From the NCBI GenBank assembly GCA_963693365.1, contig CAVNZM010000017.1, positions 4,702,708 to 4,766,707 on the forward strand: 64,000 bases of DNA. Direction: 5' to 3'. Each line of letters starts with the position of its first letter. Within the stretch, counting starts at the first letter, position 1. The stretch comes from Amoebidium appalachense. Its lineage: Eukaryota > Protista > Ichthyosporea. Made by a program: the position numbers and the translations under genes. The notes under the pieces are model-generated. The model made no database searches and was not told the origin of the DNA. It worked only from the letters and a program-made list of their open reading frames with translations. Positions 63,533 through 64,000 of this stretch are shown here, one piece after another.

Positions 63533-63849
63533 CACACACACACAGGTGTTATTGAGGATTAAGCTTAATGGAAGATCACCTACAAAACAATTAGTACCCG
63601 ATTGTTTGAAAAAAATAAAGATTCTGGGAGCCTAGCAAAGATGAACGGGGTGGGAGATACCCCTCGGGGGGGGGGAGAGGGGGGGGGGGGGGGGGGGGGG
63701 GGGGACAGCAGCTTCCCTATACACAATAAAAAGACAAGTTCGAGCACAGCAGATCGTAATTCTGCGGAAGCCTTTTGCTTCGTTACCAATCATCGACAAT
63801 AGGCCGAAAATTTCAATGTGTGATGGTCTGGCAGCATATATAGGTCTCA

Positions 63850-63960
63850 CGTGCTCTCTCTCTGCCACATCCACGTGATGCATTTCTTCACGTGTGCTTT
63901 GCAATCCGCATTGTGTTATCCGTCATGAATACGCACCTTGAACCCTGTAACGCATTCTAA
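63850..63960 (+). mobile_element. Diverged subfamily B 3' fragment
   Basis: GTGTGCTTTGCAATCCGCATTGTGTTATCCGT..CTGTAACGCATTCTAA + C-run. Confidence 0.55.
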
Positions 63961-64000
63961 CCTCTCCCCCTCCCCCCCCCCCCAAACACACACACAAACA

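Overview
Intron-rich eukaryotic genomic DNA, probably from a unicellular eukaryote (lineage cannot be fixed from the sequence). It is saturated with poly(G)/poly(C) runs and (CA)n/(TG)n/(CT)n microsatellites, which generate nearly all ORFs in the six-frame track. By hand I reconstruct these genes: a FAN1-type VRR-NUC nuclease (+, 10 exons), a small ubiquitin-fold-like protein (+), a protein with 17 C-x-H-x6-C-x2-C repeats (+), a 4xCBS SDS23/AMPK-gamma-like protein (-), a BTG/Tob protein (-), a PHD+HMG-box protein (-), a THAP-like probable transposase relic (-), a 112-aa hypothetical protein (+) and an NNF1/PMF1-like kinetochore protein (+). There is also a TTAA-flanked Kolobok-type MITE and E2F-type promoter motifs. 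The most striking non-genic signal is a dispersed non-coding repeat superfamily of about 20 copies or fragments in at least two subfamilies. Copies share a fixed 3' end (consensus GCATTCA) that runs into poly(C), have ragged 5' ends and mostly sit inside C-runs. Every intronic copy I recognised is in sense orientation to its host gene. The longer copies carry a ~170-nt RNA fold with a candidate pseudoknot supported by compensatory changes between subfamilies. This suggests a poly(C)/poly(G)-targeting retroelement with a structured RNA. Also notable are a C-rich to G-rich skew flip centred on exons regardless of gene strand, and repeated local duplication of splice-site regions. All family assignments come from motif recognition by eye; no database search was run.
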